Assembly: GCA_036172245.1 (NCBI GenBank)
Contig: JAYWIR010000041.1
Coordinates: 806,001-870,000, forward strand
Length of the DNA: 64,000 bases
Source of the DNA: Raillietiella orientalis
Taxonomy: Eukaryota
Reading direction: 5' to 3'
Below, in pieces: positions 12,451-23,640 of the stretch; position 1 is the stretch's first letter; each line of letters begins with the position of its first letter. The translations under genes and the position numbers were made by a program. Below the pieces are notes generated by a model. That model saw only the letters and a list, made by a program, of their open reading frames with translations. It had not been told where the DNA came from and did not search any database.

Positions 12451-13499
12451 TCGACTTCCAAGTTCCTCTTCTGGACTCGTTCCTCGTCTGTCACTGGCTC
12501 TTGTCCAGCTGCCAGATTCATTCACATACCCGGCACATCCCTTGCCTTTTACTGCAGCATTTTCGAATAGCCGAGAAGGGAAATCAGCAGGAGCACGCTG
12601 CGTGAGCGAGTGTTTTGCGCTGGGCTGCGCGTATTTCCGCCGCGCGGGGAAAGTTGGGCCCGACTTCTGGAACTTAGGTCGTGTTCAAAGCAGAAATTGG
12701 TCCTCGGGGAATAAGGGAAGCTCCGACGGGAATCGAGGGGCGCTTCTACAAACCGCTTCGCCGGGCGGATTTTGAGTTTTCTTTCTCATGACCACAGTCG
12801 CAGGTTCATTGCTACGCCCGCGCAAAGGCCCCCCTGTCGAAGAGCGGCATCTGCGGGGAACCCCTCCCCCGCGAGGCTTCGGAGGCAAGGATCGGATCCT
12901 CGGTGCTCTTCGGATATGCAACTTGCATTTGTGTTTTACCTGTTTTATGTGTGTTGCGTGTTTTGGAACTTCCGAATGTGCTTCTCAGGAACGTTCTTTT
13001 TCTTCCTTCAGCTCCCGAGAGTCGTACTTGGAAAATCTCATGACCAGCGATTCCCTCGGCAAGTCCGTGACCTCTCGAGAACCTAATCTCAGCTGGCCTC
13101 GATAAGCTTGCCTGTTTCCATATTGGAAAAAGGAAAATTTCGCCGCTATAATAAGTTCTAATAAGAAGTTTTCACGAATTTTTTTTTTCTTCAAAAAAAT
13201 GAAGCAAAAACAGGAACCAGTGATTGTGAATTTGAAATGGAGAGAATAAAAGGCAAAAAAGAGCAAATAGCTGAATAGCTCACAACCATAAGTACTTTTC
13301 GCCCTTCATTACCTTTACCAAGTGATCAAGACGTACGCTTTTTTTTCTTTTCCTCTTAGCCAAGTTAGAAGTTGCATACTGCTGGTTTGCAATACGGCAG
13401 AAGATGTGCAAAGAACGAGCCTAGTGCTGGGCTCCTTTTCCAAGACTACTTGTGTCATTTAGACGGAAGTTTTTTTTTACAAAATCAGAAACTTTGAGC

Positions 13500-14250
13500 A
13501 GCGGCAGAACAAGCTGCTTAGGACTTTCTCACGATGCCCTAGGATTTCCAAAGACGTGTGGTAGTTGCATGCCCAAGTGTTGTGACAGTATGTAGTTTAC
13601 AGGGAAAAATCTTTCCATTCCCCTTCTCTTCCTGATACAAAACTGTTCTTTCTCCACGTTTGACGATATTTTTTTTTGCCTTTTAATTTTTGTGTGTGTT
13701 CTACAGGATTCACAACGAATACTAATCCCTCTTGCAAAACGTACGCCAGCGCACTCCCAACTACACTTTGAGTGTTTACAACGCAGAATAGACGCTGGAT
13801 AAATTGTCGTCTTTGGGAGGAGCTGCATTTTTTGAAACCAGTCAAGTCTTCGTGTTCCTTAAGCTTTTCGCTGACTCCTATGTTTGGCAGCTTGTAGTGC
13901 TCCCCTTAGTTCAGTGCCCAATTATCTACCCCGGTTCGTAAATTTTCTCAGGCTCTCACGTTTTGTGTCTCGGCTTTTCTCGGTTTCTTTTCTATCTCCT
14001 CTCTCCCTTTCCGTAGCTTTCAGCTTGTACATCTGACGTTCGAAGAATGAATTCCAGTTGAGGTCAAGCCGACTCTTCAGCTCAGCAGTCGAAGAGAGCA
14101 ACAACATGTCTTTTGTAGCGCGCATCCTTCCTGTAAGATTGCCTCGAAAGATTGTTCCTTCTGAAATCAAAGGTTTTCTTATTTTCACACCTGAATGAGA
14201 GTGCAAAGCCCACTGCTGATGCTTTAATTCTCGTGATTTCACGACTTTTT
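13500..14250 (-). mobile_element. Penelope-like N-terminal relic
   Basis: VVNTQSVVGSALAYVLQEGLVFVVNP resembles VVNLS..VLxKGLxF..P; LPHVFGNP lies downstream (compare YGLPK). Confidence 0.35.
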
Positions 14251-15396
14251 TTGGTTACGAGATGTTACTTCTTTGCCAAAAAAATTTCTGCGAGATTTTC
14301 CGTATATGCAAGTTCAGTCCATTGGTGTAGCGTGAACACGGGGAACACGAGGTGTGCGAGACGCTTTTTGGAGTTGGAATCAATCTCTCCACTGGGAAGC
14401 TCGCTGATTTTAAAATGCCTTAGGCAGCTAACCCAATAGTTCGACCTGAGGCTTTCATCTGGGAAATTCAAATTGGAGGGCATCCATATAACAACGACAA
14501 CGGCCAAAAATTAAACAAAAAGACTGGATACGCTGGATATTTTAGATTTGAAGAATGGGCATTCGTTGCATCCAACGAATGAAACGTGAGGAAGGCTGCA
14601 GCACATTTCCCGAAACGGACTGCGACCTGTAGCCCTTTCTGGAAGGAACGTCCGGCCCGTCGAGACAACAAGGTTCCCTCTAGTTGGGCCAACGCGTGCC
14701 TTTCCGTACCATGCCTCTGGGCGTTCGGGCTGCTCAGTACCCTTTTTCATTCCATGGCTTCGCAGGGTATGTCAAGTTCAAAAATCGAAGCCATCGGCAG
14801 CTCCCATCTTTCCGTTTAACGCAAACGAGAAACTTGCAAGGAGTAATTCGAGATCATCAGCTAAGCGAGTTGCTTCCCCAATTTCGATCAGCGCAGAGCC
14901 TGGGCATCCCTCAAATCTGGACTCCCGAAACCATCTGAATCTTTCGGTTTCATGTGTCGTTGCGCGAGAGAAATCCTAGATGTCCTTATTTTTGTTTCTC
15001 TCTTTTCTTTCTTTTCTTTTTTTTTTTAGCATACCCATGGCAATCCACCGATTGTCACAGAGATAGTGTGAAGGCATGCTTTTTTGGTTAAATTCTGTAA
15101 ATTCTGCAAGTTCATGAATTCAAATTCATTCTTCTTGATCAAAATCTTCACAGAATCTTGAATCCTGCCCGGAGCTCTTATCCTTAATTGCCTTCCTTTC
15201 CAGCCGATGTAAGCGTTTCTGTGTAAAGTAAGTGTTGCTCTGTTTTCATCTCTGCTATATGTCTGTATCTTTTCTTCGCATAAAAGTCGAAACGACTGAT
15301 GAACGTATAAATAAAAGTATGGAAAAAAAAAAAAAAAAATCGAAAATTTTGGGCGCCTACTTGATGAGAGGAACAATCAAACTTTCCCAATGATAG

Positions 15397-17080
15397 CAGC
15401 GTGAATACTTCATCCTTCTTCTCCGACGTTGAATGTATGGCACCCACCACGGGACACTGCCCGCCCTCACGGGCAACGTGATCGGGCCACAGCAATTGCA
15501 CGGTGCTCACTTCCAACTCGTGTGCTTGGTCACCGCTTTCGGGCCCTCCGAAACGGCGTGCGTGGCCACTTGCCCGCGCAACAGCAGGCGCACCGCCGTC
15601 CGTACCTCTCGACTGGTGAGAGCCAGAGGTCGTTGGCGAAGCCATCGACACAGCCTTGCTCGAGATACGCGTGTCCGGGGGGCTTCCACACTTTGCAGGT
15701 GTACGTCGTCGCGTAATTCTCCTTCCTCTTCCCCTTTTTCTTCTTGCCTATTTTTGCCTTCTCAGCTTTGCCGGCACCCTTTCTTCACCGGCTTGCCGCT
15801 TCCGGCCGTGGCAGCCATCGTACTCTTTCCCGGCACTTTGCACCGGGCGCGAGCAACGCACGCACCACACGCAACAACTGCCAGCGATCGATGCACGCAC
15901 ACAGGTTGGTGGCCACGATCGTCAGTTGCGTGCAGAGGTGGGAGAAATGGGCCACGGGCATCGGAGAGCCCAGCCGACCACGCCGGAGCGAGAGCAGCAG
16001 CTGCACATCCAAATCCATAGCAGCGGGCATCCGAGAAAGAAAGGCTCCGAACCGAAGCTTGCGCTCCGTCTCCCTCTTCGGCAGTCCACGAAGACGATCC
16101 GAGGCGTCCTCGCACACCGAACGAGCAGTTGTTCGCGTTCGTTCCAAGCAACCACCAATCCCCGAGTTCAACCCGAAATGCACCGTAGGCTGCGCTGCGT
16201 GGCTGAGCGCTTCAGCCCCAAACAGGACGGCAGGACCACGAACCAAACACGTCAAACGGCAAACGTCGACAAAACGCTTGCCGACCATCTCGGAACCCCT
16301 CCCCGCTCCAGTTCTCTCGGCGGGCGTGGTCCCGAACGGGTGGCGACCGGCGGCACGTTCCTCGAGCGAGCCACGAGCGGGACCATCCCGCAGAGCGAGC
16401 GACCGCTGATCTCGGCAGCTTGACAGATCTCCTGCGACGAAACGGCCATCGATCTTCCCGCTCTCGCTGCCACCGGGAGAGATCTTCGTGCCAAGCAAGG
16501 AGCGGGAGAGCCGTTGCGTAAAGCCACTTGATGGCGGAGCCTACTTCCGCCTCTTCTCCTCCCCGAGAAGAGACGACGGGAAGATGCACCGCGCCGCTCG
16601 CTCGGAAGCGGGAGACCCTGGTCCAGCTGTCCTCTCGAAAGCGGACAACCGCCAACCGCTCGCGGAAGTTTTGCTAGCCAGGCGGCTGCTTCACAAAAAG
16701 ATAAAAAGGTGAAAAATCGGGAAACAGTGTGGTGGAGAACATCCGATCACAGGAAGCAAGCAGCAGGGTGTCTCCGAGAGGTGGTTTGTTCAAGGACGGT
16801 GTTTGCCTCTTCGACTGTTCCAATGAATAGTCACCCAATCACGAACTTTCCAGACCTCGCGAACGAGAATTGCGGTTTTTATCTCCTATTCTCCCACTCT
16901 TCTTGCGATTTTCGAAAATACTTGCGGATGCATCCTTACAGTTTCCAGAACGGCTGAAGCCTTTCGTGACCCCTGAGAGAAAGCTCTAATGCACCTCTCT
17001 GGATCACACCTATGAGGATCGGGATTCCACTTTTAATGGAACGTGTTGCCTTATTCCCTGTATCAGTAGAAAAAAGGGGT
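15397..17080. repeat. Left arm of 1.68-kb near-perfect inverted duplication; contains a decayed LINE ORF1 (gag-like) relic
   Basis: Reverse complement of 27496-29172 (coordinate sum 44569). All ORF translations inside the arms are identical between copies, and the only difference I found is a 7-bp indel near the inner end. Frameshifted zinc-knuckle remnants: ASGHARR...PCNCCG/PDHVAREGGQCP. Confidence 0.97.
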
Positions 17081-17912
17081 CTTTTCGCACTATCTATTTA
17101 CATCGTGAAATGATGAATTTTCATTTTCAGGATGCCGCGTAAAGCACCACCATCTATTTAGATTTCACACTCGCAACTCATAGCGAAAATGATGATTGAA
17201 ATTCTCCCCACGATCCTCCTGCATCCTTAGCACCAGGGAAGAATTCTGACAACTGACGACGAAGACGTTCAAAACACTTCCCGTGAATGCCACCGTCAGT
17301 CGTTAAGTACTTCACGTACAACACGCCCTTTGAACGAGGCAAAATTTTTTCCTTTTTTCGTGTGTGTGTGTGTGTTTCCCCATTTTTTTTACTGCACGTG
17401 GCTTGGGCTGCTTCGCTACAGAAACGCTGAGCTTTTCGCGTTGCCTTTATAGTGGATATAAGGGGATCATTGCCGAGCAATCGATTTGTTTTGAGCTACG
17501 AAAGGCCCATTTGAGATCAGCTTCGTGCCAAGAACGTCTCATTCTTGGCACGAAGAGGATGAAGCATTAATCCCCGCAAAGAGCCATCATTCAGGCCTGG
17601 AGAAACATTCGGGCTTGGAAAACCCAGGCCGAAAGCAGGCGACTCGGCCGGTGCTTGAACCAGGAGGAGGAAGTGATCGGGGAAAGCCATCAGCCCGCCC
17701 GCAGACTTTTTCCCTGTGGACTTCGATCTATGCTCGCTATCTCCCTGGCCGTTCGAGCCGAGTCGAGAAGTCCTCGTAAACCGAAGGGGTTTCGAAAAGT
17801 GGTTCTTCTCCTTTGTGGGCTCACCTCTTTAACACTTCAGCATGCATATTTGGTGTGCTTCCCGTGTGTGTGTGTGTGTGCATCATTCATTACATTGACA
17901 TTCCTTTCCTTA

Positions 17913-17960
17913 CCATAGTTTGGGAAGGAGCAAATGCTCCTTCCCAAACTGATGGCTAGT
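17913..17960 (+). repeat. Perfect 16-bp hairpin followed by CTAGT (Helitron-like 3' terminus)
   Basis: AGTTTGGGAAGGAGCA-AA-TGCTCCTTCCCAAACT (17917-17950), CTAG at 17956-17959 then T, and a (GT)n tract just upstream. The hairpin is directly visible; the Helitron call is inference. Confidence 0.55.
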
Positions 17961-18583
17961 GGGCAAAGCAATAAGCACTCCACTCCTTTGACCTTGGATT
18001 TTCACATTCATGCGCTGCACTTTCTGGACGTTCGCCACGGTTCAGTGGAGGGACCATCCAGAGGTATCGGGAGATTCCCACTACCGGAGCCGAAGTGGGC
18101 ATTCCCTTAGCGCACATTCTGATCCGTGGCGGCCATGAGATCGGAAAAGGATCCCGAGGTCCAGTTTCCGAGATTTTTAGTCATTCTATCGACAGTCGAT
18201 CCTTTCTCTGAGCACGCTCCATCTTTTCTGTCATCATCATCGTCATTACTGATGACTCTTAGAACAAGGGAACACGAGGACAACCGTTCACGTTGCAGTT
18301 TGTTCCTCCGTCCTTCAGGATGGACTATCGCTGGAAGATTTCGCCTCGTCGAGGAGGAGTTTCAGATGCTCCTCAGACTGCACCGTGAGAAGCTGCGGAG
18401 CATCAGGCCGCCACTAATTTCTGCGTGGCAGCTCGTCGCCGGACTTTGGAGGTTTCCGCCTCGTCGGGCAGAAGCATCTCGTTCGCTGTTCCCAAGGAAG
18501 CTCTTTGGTTCGGCTACGTACCTTTCGCGGCAATCTGATTTCCTCGGTGGCTCTCGGGGAACTTTGCTCCGAAAGATGCATCC

Positions 18584-18619
<36 letters not shown>

Positions 18620-19097
18620 ACAGAGTTACAAGACGAGATTCAAGGGAAAAAACGCTCAGAGGAAACGGAGCGTTGGCGGCGTTTTTCGCGAATCCTTGCA
18701 GGACAACGCATCTCTCGAGAGGAAGCAGAAAATGATCTGCTGGCTAGCAGCATAAAAATGCCTTCCCTCCTCCTCCTCCCCCCGATATAGGGAATTCTCA
18801 ATGAGTTCGTTTCGAATGGGTTAAATACGGTGGATTGTTTTAGTTCGAATTCGGCTTCTTTCAGGAGGCGGAGGCAGGCGTGACTCTGGCAGGCGAATGG
18901 ATCCTCTCCCCTCACCTTGCTGTCAAGTCGAACACCCCATCCTCCGCCACCCACCGAGAAAAAAGCCTGCAAAGAGAGAGAGGAACAGGAGACCTTCCTT
19001 GTCCCTCCTGCGTTCCCGAATGGGTGAGCCGCGTGCGGTCCGGGCGGAGAGAGAGAGAGAGGTGAAGCAGAAAAAGGGGGGTACGGGTGAGTCTTAC

Positions 19098-19245
19098 TTG
19101 CGACTGTTCCCAACTCGGACACGTTCGCTTTCATTCTTCTCAGGAGGGAGCGCGCGCCAACCGTCAAGAGGTAGTTCCCGAGGATCGTGTCTTCCCATCC
19201 GCATTTCCTTTCCATGTCTTCGGCTCCTGTCCGCTCCGGCGTTCA
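19098..19245 (-). CDS. Candidate ATG-containing exon of the FNDC4/5-like gene
   Basis: Branch point GACTAAC (19276-19270), acceptor GCTTCCGTTTCAG, in-frame TGA then GACATGG at 19215. It encodes 39 codons plus 1 nt before donor A|GTAAG, and phase 1 matches the 8738 acceptor. Confidence 0.5.
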
Positions 19246-19849
19246 CTGAAACGGAAGCAGCAGCACACGGTTAGTCGGATCTCTCTCGCGCGGCGAACTG
19301 CAGCTCATCGACCGCTCATCTTCACCAAGTCTTGGACTCGGCTGCCGCTTCGGTCGGACGCCGCATGCATTCCCCCCTGACCACACCGACCGACCCGGAA
19401 AATCCCGCTCCGAGAAACAGAACTTCCTACCGTGATGGAACTGTTCCTCTCCGGTTCACGGAAGCCGCCGAGGGCGCTCTGAAGCAATTCATCGAGTGTG
19501 CGCCTCGTCACTCTCCGTCCCCCAGCAGCAACCCTGGAGATTCGGCGGGCACTGCCCGCCGTTCAAGTACTTTTGTTTTCCATCTCTAAAGGGTTTCTCA
19601 TCCCTCGATCCTCTCCCCCCTCCCCTCCGCGCTCCTCTTCCTCCCCGTCGCACGTCCTTCCTGGTTCTCACGTTATGCGCACGTCAAGGCAAGAAGCCGA
19701 GAGGAAACTCCCGAGTCATCAGCAGCAAGTGGCACGCGGGGCCTTCAGTCAAGAGGGAACCTGCAAACACGACACGCGCGTTCATCGATTCTGGCAGGAA
19801 GTCAAAACCACGCACGGAGCCGCTGTTGCACTCGGAAAGGAGGAAGGCG

Positions 19850-19852
<3 letters not shown>

Positions 19853-19882
<30 letters not shown>
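19853..19882. repeat. (AG)15 microsatellite, possible GAGA-type promoter element
   Basis: Pure AG run about 600 bp upstream of the candidate start exon; a shorter run lies near 19047-19061. A regulatory role is inference only. Confidence 0.85.
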
Positions 19883-19885
<3 letters not shown>

Positions 19886-21121
19886 GGAGGGGAGAGAGAA
19901 AGACAAGGGGAGGGGGGAAAAAAAAAAAATCTGAGATCGAGCGGTTCAAAAGGGAGACGCTGGTGAAAGCACGGCGGTTTCGCTATCACTCGCAGCCCGT
20001 TCCAGAGGACCCCGGAGCCTCCCGGGGTCTTGGGATCGCTGGCAGCTAACCTGGCCGTTCCATGCATCTGGTTTTTTTCTTTTCCCGTTCCGTGTGTTCC
20101 GAGTTTTCGCAAGTTCAAATGTGCCCTCTTGGGATACATGGAGGCTGCGTGGTTGCAGCCGGAACAGCCCAAAGACCGGACCTCATCGCTTCGCGCGTCC
20201 ACACTCATCTTACCGCCACTGGGCAGGTCACCCGTCCGAAAAACGCTGCAGCCTGCAACATCTTTGCCGTAACGTTAGCGGATGGAACTTTCGCTTGTCG
20301 GCCCTCGATGGAGGAAGTTCACGGGTTGCCTGGGTGAGCGACAAACCTCATTGCGTTGAGCTCCTTCGCACTTGTTCATCTGCTTGGGCGGATCACTCGT
20401 GTGGCTGTTGCGATGTGCTGCTCCACTTCAGGCTTCCTGGCGAATCTTCTTGCTTCCCTTTCATGGCATCGAGCGAGCCGTGGACAGGTGAACGCGGATG
20501 AGGAAGAGAGAGAGAGGAACCACCGTGGACAAGAACGATCAAATTTTCATCATGATGGCGTATGGGATTTGTGAAGGGGCTGTCGGATGACGTTAGGTGG
20601 GATCATTGTCAGCTCTCTCTGTTACTGGATGTTAGGATTGATGGTATTTTCATTGCCGATGATGGTGGGTGTGAGGATAAGATGAAGAAGGGTGATTTAT
20701 GGATAAATGCGGAGCAATATTTGGGAGGGGGCGCAATGATGGTAAGATCTTTTTTGTAATATTGCAAGTTAGATGATGGTAGGGATGGTTGGAGGTGTTG
20801 ATATTTGGGCCTTGAGGGGGTGAGTGAACATGGACGAGGAGAAACCCTTCCGCGCTCTTGAATAAAGGAAGGCTTGAAAGCACTTCACTGTTCCTTCCTC
20901 CCCTCCAGGATCGCCGTAAACCAGGAGCACTTTTCCTGATCTGCTCAGTGTCGCATCCAGAAGTCTTGTTCCTTGGCACAAGAGCGTTGCTCGTTGCCGG
21001 GCGACAAGCTCTCGAGCGCTAAACCAACAAGGAGGCGGGACCGCTTTTCGAGTCATGAGTGCCTAAACGGCGCCTCAAGCACCCAGCATTCTCCGGACCG
21101 ATGGTCCGCGTTGAGGGCAGT

Positions 21122-21190
21122 GCGGCTGCGGTCTCCGCGAGTGGTTCCAAGCATTGCGGGTTCGAATACCCGTAAAAGATCGACTCCGGC
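21122..21190 (+). mobile_element. Family S head only (tRNA-like)
   Basis: GGCTGCGGTCTC..CCAAGCATTGCGGGTTCGAATACC..AGATCGAC matches the head at 56594-56665. Confidence 0.6.
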
Positions 21191-21649
21191 AAATGGTTGC
21201 CTTGGTCCAGGAGAACAAGTGGATTTCCTGCCGCCCCGCCAACTGCAGTGCTTGGGAAACAGGAAACGGTTCAGGCGTGGGCGAAAAACAACGGCACGAG
21301 CCCGGAGCCATCGCGATGCCTGCGATTCTCGAACTGCGCCCGCACTCGTTGCAGGAAATCATGGGCTGTCCAAGGAAGACCACCTGGGCTCGGAACATCC
21401 TACTTGCAGCCACGGCGGACACATGAGACAAAGTGGAAACAGCGATGCGCCCGCAAGATGAGAAGTATCCTGCGAGATCGCGGGGAAAAAGAAGCAGCTG
21501 GGATGCTAGACGGTGCATCAACTGGCTGACGCATGTACCCCTGCCGCCCTCCTCAAATTCGGGAATTCGCCGCTGGACGGAACTCCTGGACATTCCTCCC
21601 AAAGAGACGGAAATACCCCCAGTGTTTGTGGACAGTCCCACGCTTCCCC

Positions 21650-21800
21650 TGAAGTAGCAGGACTCGGCATTGCAGTTGTCGCATTAGGAGATCCCTTGAA
21701 GAGCGCGAGTCCACCACTGCACAAGGGTGAATGCAGCTCCAGACTGTGTCAGGTGCGGGGAGCGGCAAACCTTCCCGCACCTGTTGTTGGATTGTTTGTC
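21650..21800 (-). mobile_element. LINE ORF1 zinc-knuckle relic
   Basis: NRCGKVCRSPH...CDNCNAE, interrupted by a stop. Confidence 0.3.
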
Positions 21801-22344
21801 CTTCTGAGTGTCCGGGAACGCTTCGCTGCGGCCCTCCCACTCCCGATGGGCAATGGCAGAGAGGTCTTGCGGCTCCTCTTCGCGGGCGAGTCGATGTCTC
21901 CTGCAGCTTCCCTTGCAGCTCCCTGGTGCCTTCGTGGGATCGTGGCGGCGAGAAGCCGCGCCGAAAGAGACCAGTCGAATGATGAGGTCAACGCAATTGT
22001 CTGCTCCCTCTTTAGGAAGGCGACAAGATGGCCACATCTCTACCAATAAAAGGAGGAAGTTGCCAACATCCTCCGGAGAATGCCTAGGACGCCAGGAAGA
22101 AATCTTTGATCCCTTGCCCCCTCCCCCCCCCAAACATGTTTAAACTAAATTTTCTTTGCTTTTGTTTATCCCTTCTCTCACTCCTGTGCGGAATCCGTAG
22201 AGGAGTTGCTCGCGAGAAGCAGCGCCCCCGAGGCATTTCCCTCCGTAGTGGTGATGTGAAACCACTACGAAGGAAGATATTTTTTGTATGACTGTTTTTT
22301 TGTAAATAGTTTTTTAACAATAAACGCCCCGGAGTGACCGGGTG

Positions 22345-23040
22345 AAGACAAAAGATCGACACCAGAGAAATAGGGAAGGCATCGTGGGTTTCGAGTATCC
22401 CACGGAAAGATAACGCTGGTTTGCTTATAGACATCGGGTGCGGATGCCCCCGTTGAGTGACCGGGATTAGAAGTTGACTCTCCGAGTCATTCCAGGATCA
22501 GGAAATCGGTTCCCTTCGAAGTACCTTTCCAGTTGCGAAGATGGATCCATTCACCCTTTTCGGGGGGGAGGGATCCCACATCTCATATTGGTGGATCGGT
22601 ATCTCTACAGAGTGCAAGGAGGGCATTGCTCCCATCGGGGAGCGCCCTTCATAGAAAATTGGGTAGCGTCTCTTCGGAGTTCTCTTCAGAGGAGGAGGGA
22701 ACAAGGAGTGGTTCCCTCGCAGGCTTTTCCCGTAGAAGAAACAATGGAGTGAGTGGTCCCTTTCGGGGGATCGCTCCGGACAGAATAAGGAAGAGATGGT
22801 TCAGAGTTCCCTCCCAAGCGCGAGAGAAACGGACTCCTTTCTCTGGAGCCCTTCCTGTATTCATAGAGAGGTCACCTCCCGGAATACCCCCTAACTTAAA
22901 GAGTTACTGCACGCACCCTCGGGTGATGTGGAACAGTGTTGAAGAGCTTCGCGAGCCGCCAGGCGAACGGTCCTTCGGTACTTCGGGAACCAAAAAAAAA
23001 AAAAGGAAAACCCGAAAAAAGAAAAAGCTGGAAGGAAAAC
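22345..23040 (+). mobile_element. Family S SINE-like copy with A-rich tail
   Basis: GATCGACACCAGAGAA..GAAGGCATCGTGGGTTT start, reverse-complement match to the 6.4-kb body, CACGCACCCTC, then GAACCAAAAAAAAAAAAAGGAAAACCCGAAAAAAG. Confidence 0.6.
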
Positions 23041-23339
23041 CGAGAGAACAGATGAGACCCGATGGCTCCCATGCTGCTAAGGGGCTCCTCCTTCCCTGGG
23101 AGTCACCTGCACTAAAGGCTGTCCTTCGAAACGACGAAGAATTTCCCTGTCGCGACTGCCCATCTGCGGGCACATCAAAGAGGGCGTGAATGAGAGGAAG
23201 AAGAGCCGCTTGGGTTTTCTTGCGGACGGCCTCGCCTCCGTCCTGTATGATCTTCGAACGCGGGTATCCGAAGAAGGGCACAAAGGGAGGATGACCACCC
23301 AAATCTAAGTCTCCTCTTCGCACCGGAAGAGGAACGTCG

Positions 23340-23640
23340 GTCTCGACAGGGGATCTCTGTCCTGCGCGCGAGGCTCCTGGAGCATCACAGCCGAAACACT
23401 CCTTGTCAGGATCCAGCACAGCAGGGACGCTAACCGTCAGTTTTATCCAGTCTCTCATTGCACTCGGATGGCATAGACCATTCTGCCGTAGCTTCCGGCA
23501 GGATGACCTTCCGGATGGAGGAAACTGTACAGAGCCCCAGTAACGTACGTTATGTATACCTGATTCGGATCGAGTACAGTTTTCGAAATGACCCAAACTG
23601 CTAAAGGATACCTCCATGATTTTCGAAGCTGGGCGTCTCA
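23340..23640 (-). mobile_element. L1/Tx1-like ORF1 relic
   Basis: FSSLGHF..SGIHNVRY..HPSAM..TVSV..KECFGCDAPG fits the ORF1 pattern G.V..gI.NG.R..IPS..CFxCxxxGH. Confidence 0.4.

Noticed and set aside
15429..16957. Overlapping ORFs of up to 255 aa, duplicated at 27612-29140
   Set aside because: Open in several frames on both strands because of high GC, with no coherent domain. Only frameshifted LINE ORF1 remnants are recognisable.
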